Shown: positions 19,194-29,652 of the stretch, in pieces | Numbering within the stretch: the stretch's first letter is position 1 | How the letters are laid out: every line of letters begins with the position of its first letter | DNA from: an uncultured Erysipelotrichaceae bacterium | GTDB lineage: Bacteria; Bacillota_I; Bacilli_A; RF39; UBA660 | Assembly: GCA_902775285.1 (NCBI GenBank) | Contig: CACYLI010000002.1 | Location: 82,756 to 146,755 of the forward strand | Length of the DNA: 64,000 nucleotides | Direction: 5' to 3' | The notes under the pieces: model-generated | What the model was told of the DNA's origin: nothing | What the model saw: only the letters and a program-made list of their open reading frames with translations | Database searches by the model: none | Made by a program: the position numbers and the translations under genes

Positions 19194-20618
19194 TTACATT
19201 TTAATATACTCACCATCTAATGAAAAACTCTTTGTATCAGTTATTTTAACATCAACTATTTGACCTATTAATGATTTGTCTCCTTTAATATTAACAAGTT
19301 TCATATTTTCAGTATAACCACATACTTTATTTTTATCTTTATCACTTAAAGATACTACTAAACATTTGACTATTGTATCTTTCATTTTTCTATTTGCTTC
19401 ATTACTATATTTATTAACTACTTCATTTAATCTATGTAGTCTATCCATTTTAACTTCTTCACTTACTGTTTCTTTCATTAAAGCAGCTGGTGTATTTTCA
19501 CGAGGAGAAAAGGCAAATGTAAAAGCTCCGTCAAATTTACACTCATTTACTAAATCAAGAGTATCATTAAAATCTTCTTCACTTTCACCAGGAAAACCTA
19601 CTATTATATCTGTTGTAATACTAGCATTTTTAACTTTAGTACGAATAGAATTATATAATTTCAAATATTCTTCTTTTGTATATCTTCTATTCATAAGTTT
19701 TAATATTTTGTTACTACCTGATTGAAGTGGTAAATGTATATAAGGCATAATATTATCATGACTAGCAATTACATCAACCATTTCATCAGTAAAATCCCAT
19801 GGATGAGAAGTTACAAATCTAATTCTTTCAATTCCAATATCACTAACATCGCTAAGCAAATTCGCTAAATTATAATCATCATATATATCTTTACCATAGG
19901 CATTTACATTTTGTCCAAGTAAAGTTACTTCTTTATAACCACTACTTTTTAGTTTTTTAACTTCTTCTATTATTGATTCTTTAGTTCTACTTCTTTGACT
20001 ACCCCTAGTATAAGGAACTATACAATAAGTACAAAACTTATCACAGCCATAAATAATATCAACCCATGCGCTATATTTACTTTCCCTTATTACTGGAATA
20101 TTTTCAATAATATCTCCTTCATAACTTAATACTTCTATTTGTTGTTTATGAGTTTCAATTTCTTTTAAAATTATATTTAGTAAATTATCTAAATTGTGTG
20201 TTCCACATACAAAATCAACATAACTATATTTTTTTAATATTTCATTAACAACTACTTCTTCTTGTGCCATACATCCACATATACCAACAAGTAAATCTTT
20301 ATTAGTTGTATCTTTTATATGTTTTAAAACACCTAAAAAACCAAAAACTTTATCATGAGCATTTTCTCTAATTGCACAAGTATTTAATATAACAATATCA
20401 GCGCTCTCAACTGTATCAGTTCTTTTATATCCTACGCTTTCAAGCATTCCACATATTTTTTCAGAATCATGTTCGTTCATTTGACATCCATAAGTTCTTA
20501 CAAAATATTTTTTATTTTTACCAAACTTATTTTGTACACTTTCATATTCTAAAACTTTAGTGTTATTTGTGTGTCTTTTCTTTGCTTCAATCATATTTGG
20601 TTTTTTCATACATCTCAA
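19194..20618 (-). CDS. miaB: tRNA-i6A37 methylthiotransferase MiaB
   Basis: MTTase N-terminal domain (YFVRTYGCQMN), radical-SAM CxxxCxxC (CDKFCTYC) and a TRAM domain. Confidence 0.85.
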   Translation of the reverse strand: MRCMKKPNMIEAKKRHTNNTKVLEYESVQNKFGKNKKYFVRTYGCQMNEHDSEKICGMLESVGYKRTDTVESADIVILNTCAIRENAHDKVFGFLGVLKHIKDTTNKDLLVGICGCMAQEEVVVNEILKKYSYVDFVCGTHNLDNLLNIILKEIETHKQQIEVLSYEGDIIENIPVIRESKYSAWVDIIYGCDKFCTYCIVPYTRGSQRSRTKESIIEEVKKLKSSGYKEVTLLGQNVNAYGKDIYDDYNLANLLSDVSDIGIERIRFVTSHPWDFTDEMVDVIASHDNIMPYIHLPLQSGSNKILKLMNRRYTKEEYLKLYNSIRTKVKNASITTDIIVGFPGESEEDFNDTLDLVNECKFDGAFTFAFSPRENTPAALMKETVSEEVKMDRLHRLNEVVNKYSNEANRKMKDTIVKCLVVSLSDKDKNKVCGYTENMKLVNIKGDKSLIGQIVDVKITDTKSFSLDGEYIKM

Positions 20619-20707
20619 CTCCGTTTCATATTATAACACATTTTATAAATAGTTGTATTATTTATTTAAATATGATAAAATAACCACTACTTTTAAAGGA
20701 GTTTGTT

Positions 20708-21103
20708 ATGAATGAATTTGATTATAGAACTAAATGTAGATGTATTTTTATATTAACTATGGATTTATTAGAAGGAATTGATACTGAAATAGATATGGAT
20801 TTCTTTAATCAGTTAAGATATTTCTTTAATGAAAAGTTTAAAGAAGATTTTAATACTTATTATAAATATTCTAAACTACTTTTATATATTAGTATTAATC
20901 ATGGAAAAGTAGAAGCTTATGAAAATGAAAAAACAATAAATGATTTATATAGATTAATGAATATTGTAAATAATCAAGATAATCTATTAAAACTTTATAA
21001 TGAAATAGACCAAAATGATATAAATATTATTAGTGAACTTGCTACTGAGTTCATTGAATTTAATGATACAATGTATGATAATTATTCAAGAATTATACAA
21101 TAA
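20708..21103 (+). CDS. hypothetical protein
   Basis: 131 aa; no recognisable motif. Confidence 0.35.
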   Translation: MNEFDYRTKCRCIFILTMDLLEGIDTEIDMDFFNQLRYFFNEKFKEDFNTYYKYSKLLLYISINHGKVEAYENEKTINDLYRLMNIVNNQDNLLKLYNEIDQNDINIISELATEFIEFNDTMYDNYSRIIQ

Positions 21104-21104
21104 A

Positions 21105-21136
21105 AAAAGATGTTAATAACTAGTTAACATCTTTTT
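21105..21136. terminator. bidirectional rho-independent terminator
   Basis: aaaaagatgttaa-taactag-ttaacatcttttt between convergent ORFs. Confidence 0.55.
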
Positions 21137-23087
21137 ACTTTTCTATATCCTTTAATTCAAATATAATATCTCTTAATTCAGTAGCTCTTTCAAAATCTAG
21201 TTTACTTGCAGCTTCTCTCATTTCCACTTCAAGTTTAGATACCATCTCATTTATTTCTTTCTTAGAGTATTTTTTCTTTTCTATTTTTTCTTCTTCTACT
21301 TCATTTGTTATAGCTTCACTAATAGGTTTAACAACTGTTTTAGGAGTAATATTATGTTCTTTATTATACTTTTCTTGTATTCTTCTTCTTCTACTTGTTT
21401 CATCTATAGCTGTTTTCATAGCATCACTCATAGTATCAGCATACATTATTACTTTTCCATTTTCATTTCTTGCTGCACGTCCAATAATTTGAATTAAACT
21501 TCTATCACTTCTTAAAAATCCTTGTTTATCAGCATCCATTATACATATCAAAGACACTTCAGGTATATCCAATCCTTCACGAAGTAGATTTATTCCAACT
21601 ACAATATCTACTTTTCCAAGTCTTAAATTTCTTATAATATTAAGTCTTTCTAAAGTTTTAATTTCATTATGTAGATATGTTACTTTATAACCTAGTTCTT
21701 TTAAATAAGAAGTCAATTCTTCACTCATTCTTATAGTAAGTGTAGTAATTAATACTCTTTCATTCTTTTCAATTCTCTTATTTATTTCTTCTAAAATACT
21801 ATCTATTTGATTCTTTGTTGGTTTTACTTCAATTATTGGATCTAATAATCCAGTAGGTCTAATAATTTGTTCAATTGGTTTACCACTAAGTTCTAGTTCA
21901 TAATCCCCTGGAGTTGCTGAAACATAAATTGTTTGGTTTAATTTACTTCTAAATTCATCAAATTTTAAAGGTCTATTATCTAATGCACTTGGAAGTCTAA
22001 ATCCATAATCAACAAGAGTTTGTTTTCTCATATGATCCCCATTATACATTCCTCTAACTTGAGGAAGAGTAACATGGCTTTCATCAATCATCAAAAGAAA
22101 ATCACTAGGAAAAAAATCAATTAAAGTAGTTGGTGTTTCCCCTGCATCTCTTAAGCTTAAATGTCTACTATAATTCTCTATGCCATGACAAAATCCAGTT
22201 TCTTTTAGCATTTCTAAGTCATATAATGTTCTTTCTTTTAATCTTTGTTCTTCTAAAAGTTTTCCTTCTTCATGAAGTTCTTTTAATCTCATAACAAGTT
22301 CTTTTTCAATTCTAGAAGTAGCTTCTTTCATTTTTTCATCACTAGTCACAAATAAAGAAGCTGGAAAAATGCTTATAGTTTTAACACTTGATATATTTCT
22401 TCCAGTAAGTGGTTCAAATAATGATATTTTTTCTATTTCATCATCAAACATTTCTATTCTTATACCACTCTTTTTTTCACCAATTGGTATAAGTTCAATT
22501 ACATCTCCATTTACTCTAAATGTACCACGTTTAAAATCAATTACACTTCTTTCATACTGCATACCAACAAGTTTTTCTAATATTACATCTCTATCTATTA
22601 TTTGTCCAACATATAGATTTAACATCTTATTGATATATTCTTCTTTTTCTCCAATATTATAAATACAAGAAACACTTGATACTATTATAGTATCTCTTCT
22701 ATCAATTATTGCAGCAGTTGCAGCATGACGTAGTTCATCTATTTCATCATTTATAGATGAATCTTTTTCAATATATAAATCCTTACTCGGAACATATGCT
22801 TCTGGTTGATAATAATCATAATATGAAACAAAATACTCCACTTTATTATTAGGAAATAATTCTTTAAATTCAGCATATAATTGACCAGCAAGTGTTTTAT
22901 TATGAGCAAGAACTAAAGTAGGTTTATTTACTTTTGCTATAACATTTGCCATAGTAAAAGTTTTACCAGTTCCCGTAGCACCTAAAAGAACTTGATCTTT
23001 TTTACCATCAAGTATACCTTTAACTAATTCATCTATAGCTTCTATTTGATCACCAGCAGGTGTATATTTACTAACTAAATCAAACAT
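21135..23087 (-). CDS. uvrB: excinuclease ABC subunit B
   Basis: ATGTGKTFT Walker A, helicase motifs, C-terminal UVR domain; 650 aa. Confidence 0.95.
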   Translation of the reverse strand: MFDLVSKYTPAGDQIEAIDELVKGILDGKKDQVLLGATGTGKTFTMANVIAKVNKPTLVLAHNKTLAGQLYAEFKELFPNNKVEYFVSYYDYYQPEAYVPSKDLYIEKDSSINDEIDELRHAATAAIIDRRDTIIVSSVSCIYNIGEKEEYINKMLNLYVGQIIDRDVILEKLVGMQYERSVIDFKRGTFRVNGDVIELIPIGEKKSGIRIEMFDDEIEKISLFEPLTGRNISSVKTISIFPASLFVTSDEKMKEATSRIEKELVMRLKELHEEGKLLEEQRLKERTLYDLEMLKETGFCHGIENYSRHLSLRDAGETPTTLIDFFPSDFLLMIDESHVTLPQVRGMYNGDHMRKQTLVDYGFRLPSALDNRPLKFDEFRSKLNQTIYVSATPGDYELELSGKPIEQIIRPTGLLDPIIEVKPTKNQIDSILEEINKRIEKNERVLITTLTIRMSEELTSYLKELGYKVTYLHNEIKTLERLNIIRNLRLGKVDIVVGINLLREGLDIPEVSLICIMDADKQGFLRSDRSLIQIIGRAARNENGKVIMYADTMSDAMKTAIDETSRRRRIQEKYNKEHNITPKTVVKPISEAITNEVEEEKIEKKKYSKKEINEMVSKLEVEMREAASKLDFERATELRDIIFELKDIEK

Positions 23088-23234
23088 ATTTATCTCCCAT
23101 AAATCATAAATATTTTAACATTTAATTATATTTAAAACAAGATAAACAAAAAGTGCTATAAATTTTAATTAAAAGAAATATTTAAAAATAATAATATTTG
23201 TGATAAAATACTTTTAGAAAGGAGCTTTTGTATT

Positions 23235-23666
23235 ATGGGTAATTATGGATTAGGTAATGGATATGGTTTAGGTAATGGATATTCTACTACAACTAATTTA
23301 TTAGAAGGATCAATGGGTTCTACTGTATGGGGAATTGTTTCATTAATACTAGCACTTATTGGTTGCTTTGTTGTTTATTTCTTATTTGTAGTAAAAAAAG
23401 ATAATCCTAAACAAAAATTCCTAGTATGGTTAAAAGAATTCTTAAGTTTTAAGAAAATGCTTATTGAACCAATCTTAAAAATATCTTATTTATTCTTTGC
23501 TATTTTTATTACTTTAGGTTCATTTGCATTAATAGGAACTAGTTTCTTATCATTCTTATTAACTTTAGTATTTGGAAATCTTATTTTAAGAATATGCTAT
23601 GAAGCAATGCTTATGATGATAATGATTTGGAAGAATACTTCTGAAATTAATAAGAAATTAAAATAA
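23235..23666 (+). CDS. small membrane protein (DUF4282-like) with an N-terminal GNGYGL tandem repeat
   Basis: Two TM helices; an 18-nt tandem repeat encodes GLGNGY x2 at the N-terminus. Confidence 0.45.
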   Translation: MGNYGLGNGYGLGNGYSTTTNLLEGSMGSTVWGIVSLILALIGCFVVYFLFVVKKDNPKQKFLVWLKEFLSFKKMLIEPILKISYLFFAIFITLGSFALIGTSFLSFLLTLVFGNLILRICYEAMLMMIMIWKNTSEINKKLK

Positions 23667-23669
23667 TCT

Positions 23670-23698
23670 CTTTTTAAGAGATTTTTTTATTGTACATA
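23670..23698 (+). terminator. rho-independent terminator
   Basis: aatctctt-ttt-aagagatt hairpin plus T7 run. Confidence 0.45.
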
Positions 23699-24069
23699 TT
23701 TATATTTACTACACTTAATATATTATTATTTTCATCTTTTATTTCTACTTTATAAAAGCCAATTGTTTTTCCTTCTTTAAGTATAAAAGCTTCAGCATAA
23801 ATCTTACCTTCACTTACATTTCTTAAATAACTGATATTGGAGTCTAGTGTAACTGGAGTAAATCCATTCATTGTAGATAATAGTCCAGCACAAGTATCAG
23901 CAAGACCAAATAAAATGCCCCCATGAACTATTGAATATGGATTAAGTCCATTTTTTTTGACTTTATATTCCAATATACATTTTTTATTGTTTAATTCTAT
24001 TATTTTAAATTCATTATTCTTTATGAATCCAGTATCAGATTCTTTTATTTCTTTTATTTTATCTTCCAT
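23674..24069 (-). CDS. PaaI-family hotdog thioesterase
   Basis: SIVHGGILFGLADT hotdog active-site region. Confidence 0.75.
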   Translation of the reverse strand: MEDKIKEIKESDTGFIKNNEFKIIELNNKKCILEYKVKKNGLNPYSIVHGGILFGLADTCAGLLSTMNGFTPVTLDSNISYLRNVSEGKIYAEAFILKEGKTIGFYKVEIKDENNNILSVVNINMYNKKIS

Positions 24070-24433
24070 TATAATCTCCTAAAGTCTCTCTTTTTATCCA
24101 TGTCATTATAACTTTTACTATGTAATCAACTTCTTTTTCACTTAATTCTTTATTTTTTTCTATATGATGTATTCTTTCTAAACAACCCCTACAACAACAT
24201 CCACATGCATGTTGTGCTACAAAAACAGGATGAACCTGCTTCATTGGAGTTTGTTTACCATCATTTTTAATTATTAAGGGTTTTAATCTTCTATTAATAA
24301 AATCATATGCATCTTTTTCTATTTTATCTAATCCTTTTTCAAGAGTATATGTTTTCATTTTATTATTTAAGTGAAAACTACCTCTAAATTTTGTTTTACT
24401 TAAACTATCTAATAATTTTTCTATATTATTCAT
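24059..24433 (-). CDS. hypothetical Cys-rich protein (DUF4186-like)
   Basis: HPVFVAQHACGCCCRGCLERIHH motif. Confidence 0.4.
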   Translation of the reverse strand: MNNIEKLLDSLSKTKFRGSFHLNNKMKTYTLEKGLDKIEKDAYDFINRRLKPLIIKNDGKQTPMKQVHPVFVAQHACGCCCRGCLERIHHIEKNKELSEKEVDYIVKVIMTWIKRETLGDYNGR

Positions 24434-24992
24434 TTTTTTTAGTTAATACCGGAAATGTTTTAATTTTCAAATCCTCTCTCATTGATTGAGTACTAATAGT
24501 ATTATTTTTCATATAATTATACCAATCAATATATTTAAAATTACCATTACTTTTTTTATATACTTCTATAGTATTTTCTTTTAAGTTTTTTAAATCTTTA
24601 TAATCATTTTCTTTTTCAATAACTGGTTTAAAAATATTATAGTATTCATTTTTATTCCATTTACCTAAGAAAGTTACATCTAATACTTCTTTATCACTTT
24701 CAATCCATGTATGTTTAAACTTTTTATCAATAAAACTACTTAAATATCCCTCACATAATTTATATTTCTTATTATCTAAAAATATCATTAAATAATTTGA
24801 AAATAAATAAGATTTACCAATACTATAACTAGAACATAATGCATCAAAATAATTATCCATATTTGGATCATATTTATTTTTATGAGTTTTTAATTTATCT
24901 ATTAATTCTTTATCATAAGGTTTTACATTACCATTTTGAATACTTTCATAAAAACTCTTATAAACTAATAATTCTTCTTTACTGCATAACAT
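24426..24992 (-). CDS. hypothetical protein
   Basis: 188 aa; overlaps its neighbour by 8 nt, which suggests an operon with 24059-24433. Confidence 0.4.
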   Translation of the reverse strand: MLCSKEELLVYKSFYESIQNGNVKPYDKELIDKLKTHKNKYDPNMDNYFDALCSSYSIGKSYLFSNYLMIFLDNKKYKLCEGYLSSFIDKKFKHTWIESDKEVLDVTFLGKWNKNEYYNIFKPVIEKENDYKDLKNLKENTIEVYKKSNGNFKYIDWYNYMKNNTISTQSMREDLKIKTFPVLTKKNE

Positions 24993-25042
24993 ATTTTATT
25001 CACCATAATTATTTTATCATTTAATTAAAAAAAATTAAAGAA

Positions 25043-25231
25043 TTATAATGTATATTCTTTAATTTCATAATCACTTAAATCAAATCCATTTTGAAGAGCT
25101 ATTCTAACAACTTCTTTATCACTACAATTTTCTACTTTTATTAAATCCATCATAGCCACTTTATTAAAGCTCATCGCAGAACCAAAATAATTAATCAAGT
25201 CACTTCTTAAACTATCTATATCTATCGTCAT
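25043..25231 (-). CDS. small hypothetical protein
   Basis: 62 aa; no recognisable motif. Confidence 0.3.
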   Translation of the reverse strand: MTIDIDSLRSDLINYFGSAMSFNKVAMMDLIKVENCSDKEVVRIALQNGFDLSDYEIKEYTL

Positions 25232-25287
25232 ATTCCCTCCATTTGGCTAATATTATAATACATTAAAAGATAATTCTCAACAAAGAA

Positions 25288-25926
25288 TTATCTTTCTTTT
25301 TTATTTGCTTTTATCTTTCTAATAATTAGATTAATATCAAAAACTATTAAAGTAATTAATAAAGAAATACTAGAAAATCTTAAAAAATTTATCAATAAAG
25401 ATGTATCTTTTAAGAAAAATGTCTTTTCCCCTAATAAATAACTAAAGAAATCAGTTTTATTAATTGATATTATTCCATAAATATATATTAATAAATGTAA
25501 TACTATTGCTACTATTTTGTTTTTTAGAAATTTCATTTTAATTAACATTTGATTTAGATTAAGTCCTAAATGAGCTCCCATTACTAATAATCCAAAATAT
25601 GACGTCATAATATGAAGTTTTGATATTGTCATGTTATACTTACCTATAAATGTAAACAAATATTGACTAATTAAAATACCAAATATTATAGTTGAAAAAA
25701 TACATAAGAATAGTAATACATTTACTAATAAGAGAACTATCCTACTTGCATTATATTTTCCCTTAAATATGTTTTTTAAATAATTTCTATTTAATATTAA
25801 ATGGGTAATTATAACAATTAATAATAAAGATCCAATTATTTCATGTAATAATGGAGTCATATAAACTCTTGAATATTCTATTATTAATAAAACAAATAAT
25901 AATATATCTACAATTATCTTAATCAT
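25288..25926 (-). CDS. polytopic membrane protein (DUF4405-like)
   Basis: 5-6 TM helices; abuts the flavodoxin lipoprotein gene (2-nt gap). Confidence 0.45.
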   Translation of the reverse strand: MIKIIVDILLFVLLIIEYSRVYMTPLLHEIIGSLLLIVIITHLILNRNYLKNIFKGKYNASRIVLLLVNVLLFLCIFSTIIFGILISQYLFTFIGKYNMTISKLHIMTSYFGLLVMGAHLGLNLNQMLIKMKFLKNKIVAIVLHLLIYIYGIISINKTDFFSYLLGEKTFFLKDTSLLINFLRFSSISLLITLIVFDINLIIRKIKANKKER

Positions 25927-25927
25927 A

Positions 25928-26566
25928 CTAGTACCCTAATGACTTTAACCATTCAATAGTTTGTTTTTTTCCATCTTCACTTCTTGCTACTTTACCAGAT
26001 AAATATAAACCTTTTTCTATAACATTTGATGATGTTAGTTTATTTTTAATAGTTTTATATGTTCCAGCATTACCACTTCCTTCATGAGTATTAAAAGGAA
26101 TTATAGTTTTATTAGATAAATCATATTTTTCCATAAAAGTATTCATTATCATAGGTAAATTTCCACACCAAATAGGATATCCTAAAAAGACTGTATCATA
26201 TTCATCTAGATTTGTTATTTCATTTGCCATTTCAGGTCTTGCATTATTATTTAATTCTTTATTAGCTCTTTTTTTAGCTTCATCATATGAATCAGAATAT
26301 GGTTCTTTTGGTAATATTTCAAATGAATCACATTTTAGATAATCAATAATATAAGAAGCCATCATAGCTGTATTACCAACATCTACTCTACCAACAGAAT
26401 AGTTTTCTCCTGCTCTACTAAAGTAAATAACTATAGCTTTTTGATAATTTACTTTTTCTACATTTTGATTTTCAATTTGTTTTTCACTTTCTTTTTCCTT
26501 ACAACCAGTTAATAAGAATAATCCAACTAGTAACAATGCTACTATTTTTATAGATACTCTTTTCAT
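25928..26566 (-). CDS. flavodoxin-like lipoprotein
   Basis: Lipoprotein signal (LLTGC) followed by a flavodoxin-like fold (AIVIYFSRAGENY…). Confidence 0.6.
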   Translation of the reverse strand: MKRVSIKIVALLLVGLFLLTGCKEKESEKQIENQNVEKVNYQKAIVIYFSRAGENYSVGRVDVGNTAMMASYIIDYLKCDSFEILPKEPYSDSYDEAKKRANKELNNNARPEMANEITNLDEYDTVFLGYPIWCGNLPMIMNTFMEKYDLSNKTIIPFNTHEGSGNAGTYKTIKNKLTSSNVIEKGLYLSGKVARSEDGKKQTIEWLKSLGY

Positions 26567-26575
26567 TCATCCTCC

Positions 26576-27334
26576 TTATACACAAGTATATCCACCATCA
26601 ATTGGTAAAATTACTCCTGTAACATAACTAGCTTCATCACTAGCTAAGAATATAGCACCTGCATTTAGTTCACCTTCATGACCATATCTTTGCATAGGTA
26701 CTGTTGATTTCATATAAGCTTGAAAATCTTCTGTATCAAGAACTGCTTTAGTAAGTTCTGTTTCAAAATAACCAGGACATATTGCATTACATGTAATATT
26801 ATATTTAGCAAGCTCTGCAGCTACTGCTCTAGTAAAGTTTACAACTCCACCTTTACTTGAATGATATGCAACTGTTCCCATTGCAGTATTTCCTACTAAG
26901 CCATACATAGATGCAATATTAATAATTCTTCCATAATTATTTTTCTTCATAATATTTGCAAATGCACGAGTCATTTTAAATACTGATGTTAAATCTGTTG
27001 CAATAGTAAAATCCCATTCACTATCTTCCATATCTAGAACACCTTTATCTTTTGATGATCCAGCACAGTTAACTAAAATGTCTACACGACCAAATTCTTT
27101 TTCTGTTTCCTTAGCAGCATTGTTAATATCTTCTGTACTTGTTACATCACATTTAATAGCAAGAACTTTAGTGTTTTTTTCTTCCAATTCTTTCTTAAGT
27201 TCTTCTAAACGTTCCATTCTTCTTGCTAATATTACTAATGAAGCACCTTGACTAGCAAATGCTCTAGCCATTTGTCTTCCTAGTCCACTAGAAGCACCTG
27301 TAATAACAGCTACTCTATTTTTTAAATCAAACAT
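26576..27334 (-). CDS. SDR family oxidoreductase (FabG-like)
   Basis: TGASSGLG Rossmann motif and YxxxK catalytic motif. Confidence 0.85.
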   Translation of the reverse strand: MFDLKNRVAVITGASSGLGRQMARAFASQGASLVILARRMERLEELKKELEEKNTKVLAIKCDVTSTEDINNAAKETEKEFGRVDILVNCAGSSKDKGVLDMEDSEWDFTIATDLTSVFKMTRAFANIMKKNNYGRIINIASMYGLVGNTAMGTVAYHSSKGGVVNFTRAVAAELAKYNITCNAICPGYFETELTKAVLDTEDFQAYMKSTVPMQRYGHEGELNAGAIFLASDEASYVTGVILPIDGGYTCV

Positions 27335-27389
27335 TGTATCACTCTCCTAATTATATTGTACCATATAAAAAAGGAAATCTCTTCCTTTT

Positions 27390-28307
27390 TTAGTTTTTAT
27401 TTACATAATTAATTGCTTCACTTGCTCCTATTGCTCCATCACTAGTTGCAGTTACAAGTTGTCTTAAACTTTTGGTTCTAGCATCTCCTGATACAAATAT
27501 ACCATCTATATTTGTATGAGTAGTTTCATCAGAGATGATATAACCATAGTCATCCATATCAATTAGTCCTTTAAACATTTGTGTTTCTGGAGTTCTTCCA
27601 ATTGCAATAAATAGTCCTGATACTTCTATTCTTGAAATGTTGCCATCATTATTTTTAATATCAATTGATTCTAAACATGTGTCTCCATTTAATGATACAA
27701 CATTACTATTGTAAACTACTTCTATATTGGTTTTTGATAATAATTCTTTTATATTTTTATCATCAGCGCTAAATTTGTCTTTTCTAATAATTATATAAAC
27801 TTTGTTTGCTATATTACTTAAATAAATAGCATCCTCAACAGCAGTATTTCCACTACCTACTACACCTACTTCTTTTCCTTTATAAAAAGCTCCATCACAC
27901 GTAGCACAATATGAAATTCCTTTTCCTATAAAATCATTTTCCTTTTTAATTCCAAGATTTTTATTTTTGGCTCCTACTGCTATAATGATACTTTTTGTTT
28001 TATATGTATTTTTTGATGTAATAACTTCTTTATAATCTTTATTATCAATTATTTTTTCTACTCTTTCAAATTTAAATTCTGTTCCTAAATTCTTAGCTTG
28101 ATTATATAGTTTTGTTGCAAAATCAAACCCAGAAATATGTTCTTCAACTGGATAATTTTCAATATCTAGTGTGTTTATTATTTGTCCACCATAACTATTT
28201 GCCTCTAAACATAAAGTTTTTTTATTATTTCTTCTTGCATAAATAGAAGCACTCATTCCCGCAGGACCAGCACCAATTATAATAATATCATACATATTAT
28301 TCACCAA
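27390..28307 (-). CDS. trxB: thioredoxin-disulfide reductase
   Basis: FAD GAGPAG motif, CATC redox disulfide, NADPH GxGxxA motif. Confidence 0.9.
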   Translation of the reverse strand: MVNNMYDIIIIGAGPAGMSASIYARRNNKKTLCLEANSYGGQIINTLDIENYPVEEHISGFDFATKLYNQAKNLGTEFKFERVEKIIDNKDYKEVITSKNTYKTKSIIIAVGAKNKNLGIKKENDFIGKGISYCATCDGAFYKGKEVGVVGSGNTAVEDAIYLSNIANKVYIIIRKDKFSADDKNIKELLSKTNIEVVYNSNVVSLNGDTCLESIDIKNNDGNISRIEVSGLFIAIGRTPETQMFKGLIDMDDYGYIISDETTHTNIDGIFVSGDARTKSLRQLVTATSDGAIGASEAINYVNKN

Positions 28308-28608
28308 TAAAACTATTCAAGTCTTCTTTAGACATAAATCCTACGCTTCTATTTACTTCTTTACCATCTTTAAATAGAATTAGACATGGTATTGACATTA
28401 TTCCATATTCACTAGATAATTCATCTTCTTCATCAGTATCAATTGATACAAATTTAACATCTCTTCTTTCATCAGATAATTCTTCTAATATTGGTGCAAG
28501 CATCTTACATGGTCCGCACCATGTTGCATTAAAATCTACAAGAACAGTTTCTTTAGATTTTAAAACTTCACTTTCAAAATTTTCTTTTTTACCATTAATA
28601 ATTGCCAT
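28297..28608 (-). CDS. trxA: thioredoxin
   Basis: WCGPC active site; 103 aa. Confidence 0.85.
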   Translation of the reverse strand: MAIINGKKENFESEVLKSKETVLVDFNATWCGPCKMLAPILEELSDERRDVKFVSIDTDEEDELSSEYGIMSIPCLILFKDGKEVNRSVGFMSKEDLNSFIGE

Positions 28609-28609
28609 A

Positions 28610-29053
28610 TTAACTCTCCTTTTCTAAATTAATTAATATTTTATATAAAATTTTATATAGCTCTAATGATTCATCTTCATTAATACCTAATTGTTTATAT
28701 ATACATTCAGGTATATCTTTAGCTTTTTGAATGAGTTTTTCCCCAGATTCAGTAATACTTAAATTTAGATTTCTTTCATCAGTTTTACTTCTCTTTCGAA
28801 TTATATATCCTTTTTGTTCAAGCCTTTTTAATAATGGAGTTAAAGTACTTGAATCAAGTAATAATGTTTTTCCTAAAGTACGAACATTAGAAGTTTTATT
28901 TTGAAAGAAGTATAACATTACTATATATTGTGTATAAGTTAAATCTAAACTATTCAAATATGGAGTATACTTTCTAATAATTTCTTTTGAACAAAGATAT
29001 AATGGAAAACATAATTGATTATCTAATCTTAGTGTTTTATATTCATCATCCAT
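28610..29053 (-). CDS. MarR family transcriptional regulator (OhrR-like)
   Basis: Winged HTH; N-terminal Cys; leads the gpx-trxA-trxB block. Confidence 0.7.
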   Translation of the reverse strand: MDDEYKTLRLDNQLCFPLYLCSKEIIRKYTPYLNSLDLTYTQYIVMLYFFQNKTSNVRTLGKTLLLDSSTLTPLLKRLEQKGYIIRKRSKTDERNLNLSITESGEKLIQKAKDIPECIYKQLGINEDESLELYKILYKILINLEKES

Positions 29054-29055
29054 TA

Positions 29056-29616
29056 TTAACTTAAAAGCTCCTTTATATCATTTTCTAATAAATCAGGGTT
29101 TTCAATTGGACTAAGTCTCTTAACAACTTTTCCATCTTTATTAACCAAAAACTTTGTAAAGTTCCAAACTATATCTCCTTTATTTTTACAAGTATTACTA
29201 ATTTTAGTTATTCCTTTCATGACCATTTTATTTTTCATGCCATTTATTTCATCATCTTGAATTTCACTTTTTAATAATGTAAATAGTTTATCTTCATTTT
29301 CACCATTTACATCTATTTTAGCAAATTGATCAAAAGTAGTTTGATATTTAGATGTACAAAATTCATGAATTTCATTATCATCTCCAGGAGCTTGATGTCC
29401 AAATTGATTACATGGAAAATCTAATATTTCAAATCCTTTTTTATTATACGTTTTATATAATCTTTCTAAAGATTCATATTGAGGAGTAAAACCACATCCA
29501 GTAGCTGAATTAACTATCAATAATACTTTCCCCTTATAATCACTTAATTTAACCATATCCCCTTTTCTAGTTTTAACACTTAAATCATAAATATTCATAT
29601 TATATATTCCTTTCAT
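29056..29616 (-). CDS. gpx: glutathione peroxidase
   Basis: GCGFTPQY…FPCNQFG GPx signature. Confidence 0.85.
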   Translation of the reverse strand: MKGIYNMNIYDLSVKTRKGDMVKLSDYKGKVLLIVNSATGCGFTPQYESLERLYKTYNKKGFEILDFPCNQFGHQAPGDDNEIHEFCTSKYQTTFDQFAKIDVNGENEDKLFTLLKSEIQDDEINGMKNKMVMKGITKISNTCKNKGDIVWNFTKFLVNKDGKVVKRLSPIENPDLLENDIKELLS

Positions 29617-29652
29617 TTGTGTACAAACTAATTGTATCAGATTTAATTATAT

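Noticed and set aside
23235-23300. Short tandem repeat ggtaatggatatggtttaggtaatggatat as a possible minisatellite or CRISPR-like feature
   Set aside because: There are only two 18-nt units, and they are in frame within a CDS, encoding GLGNGY x2. No spacer-repeat array structure exists anywhere in the window.
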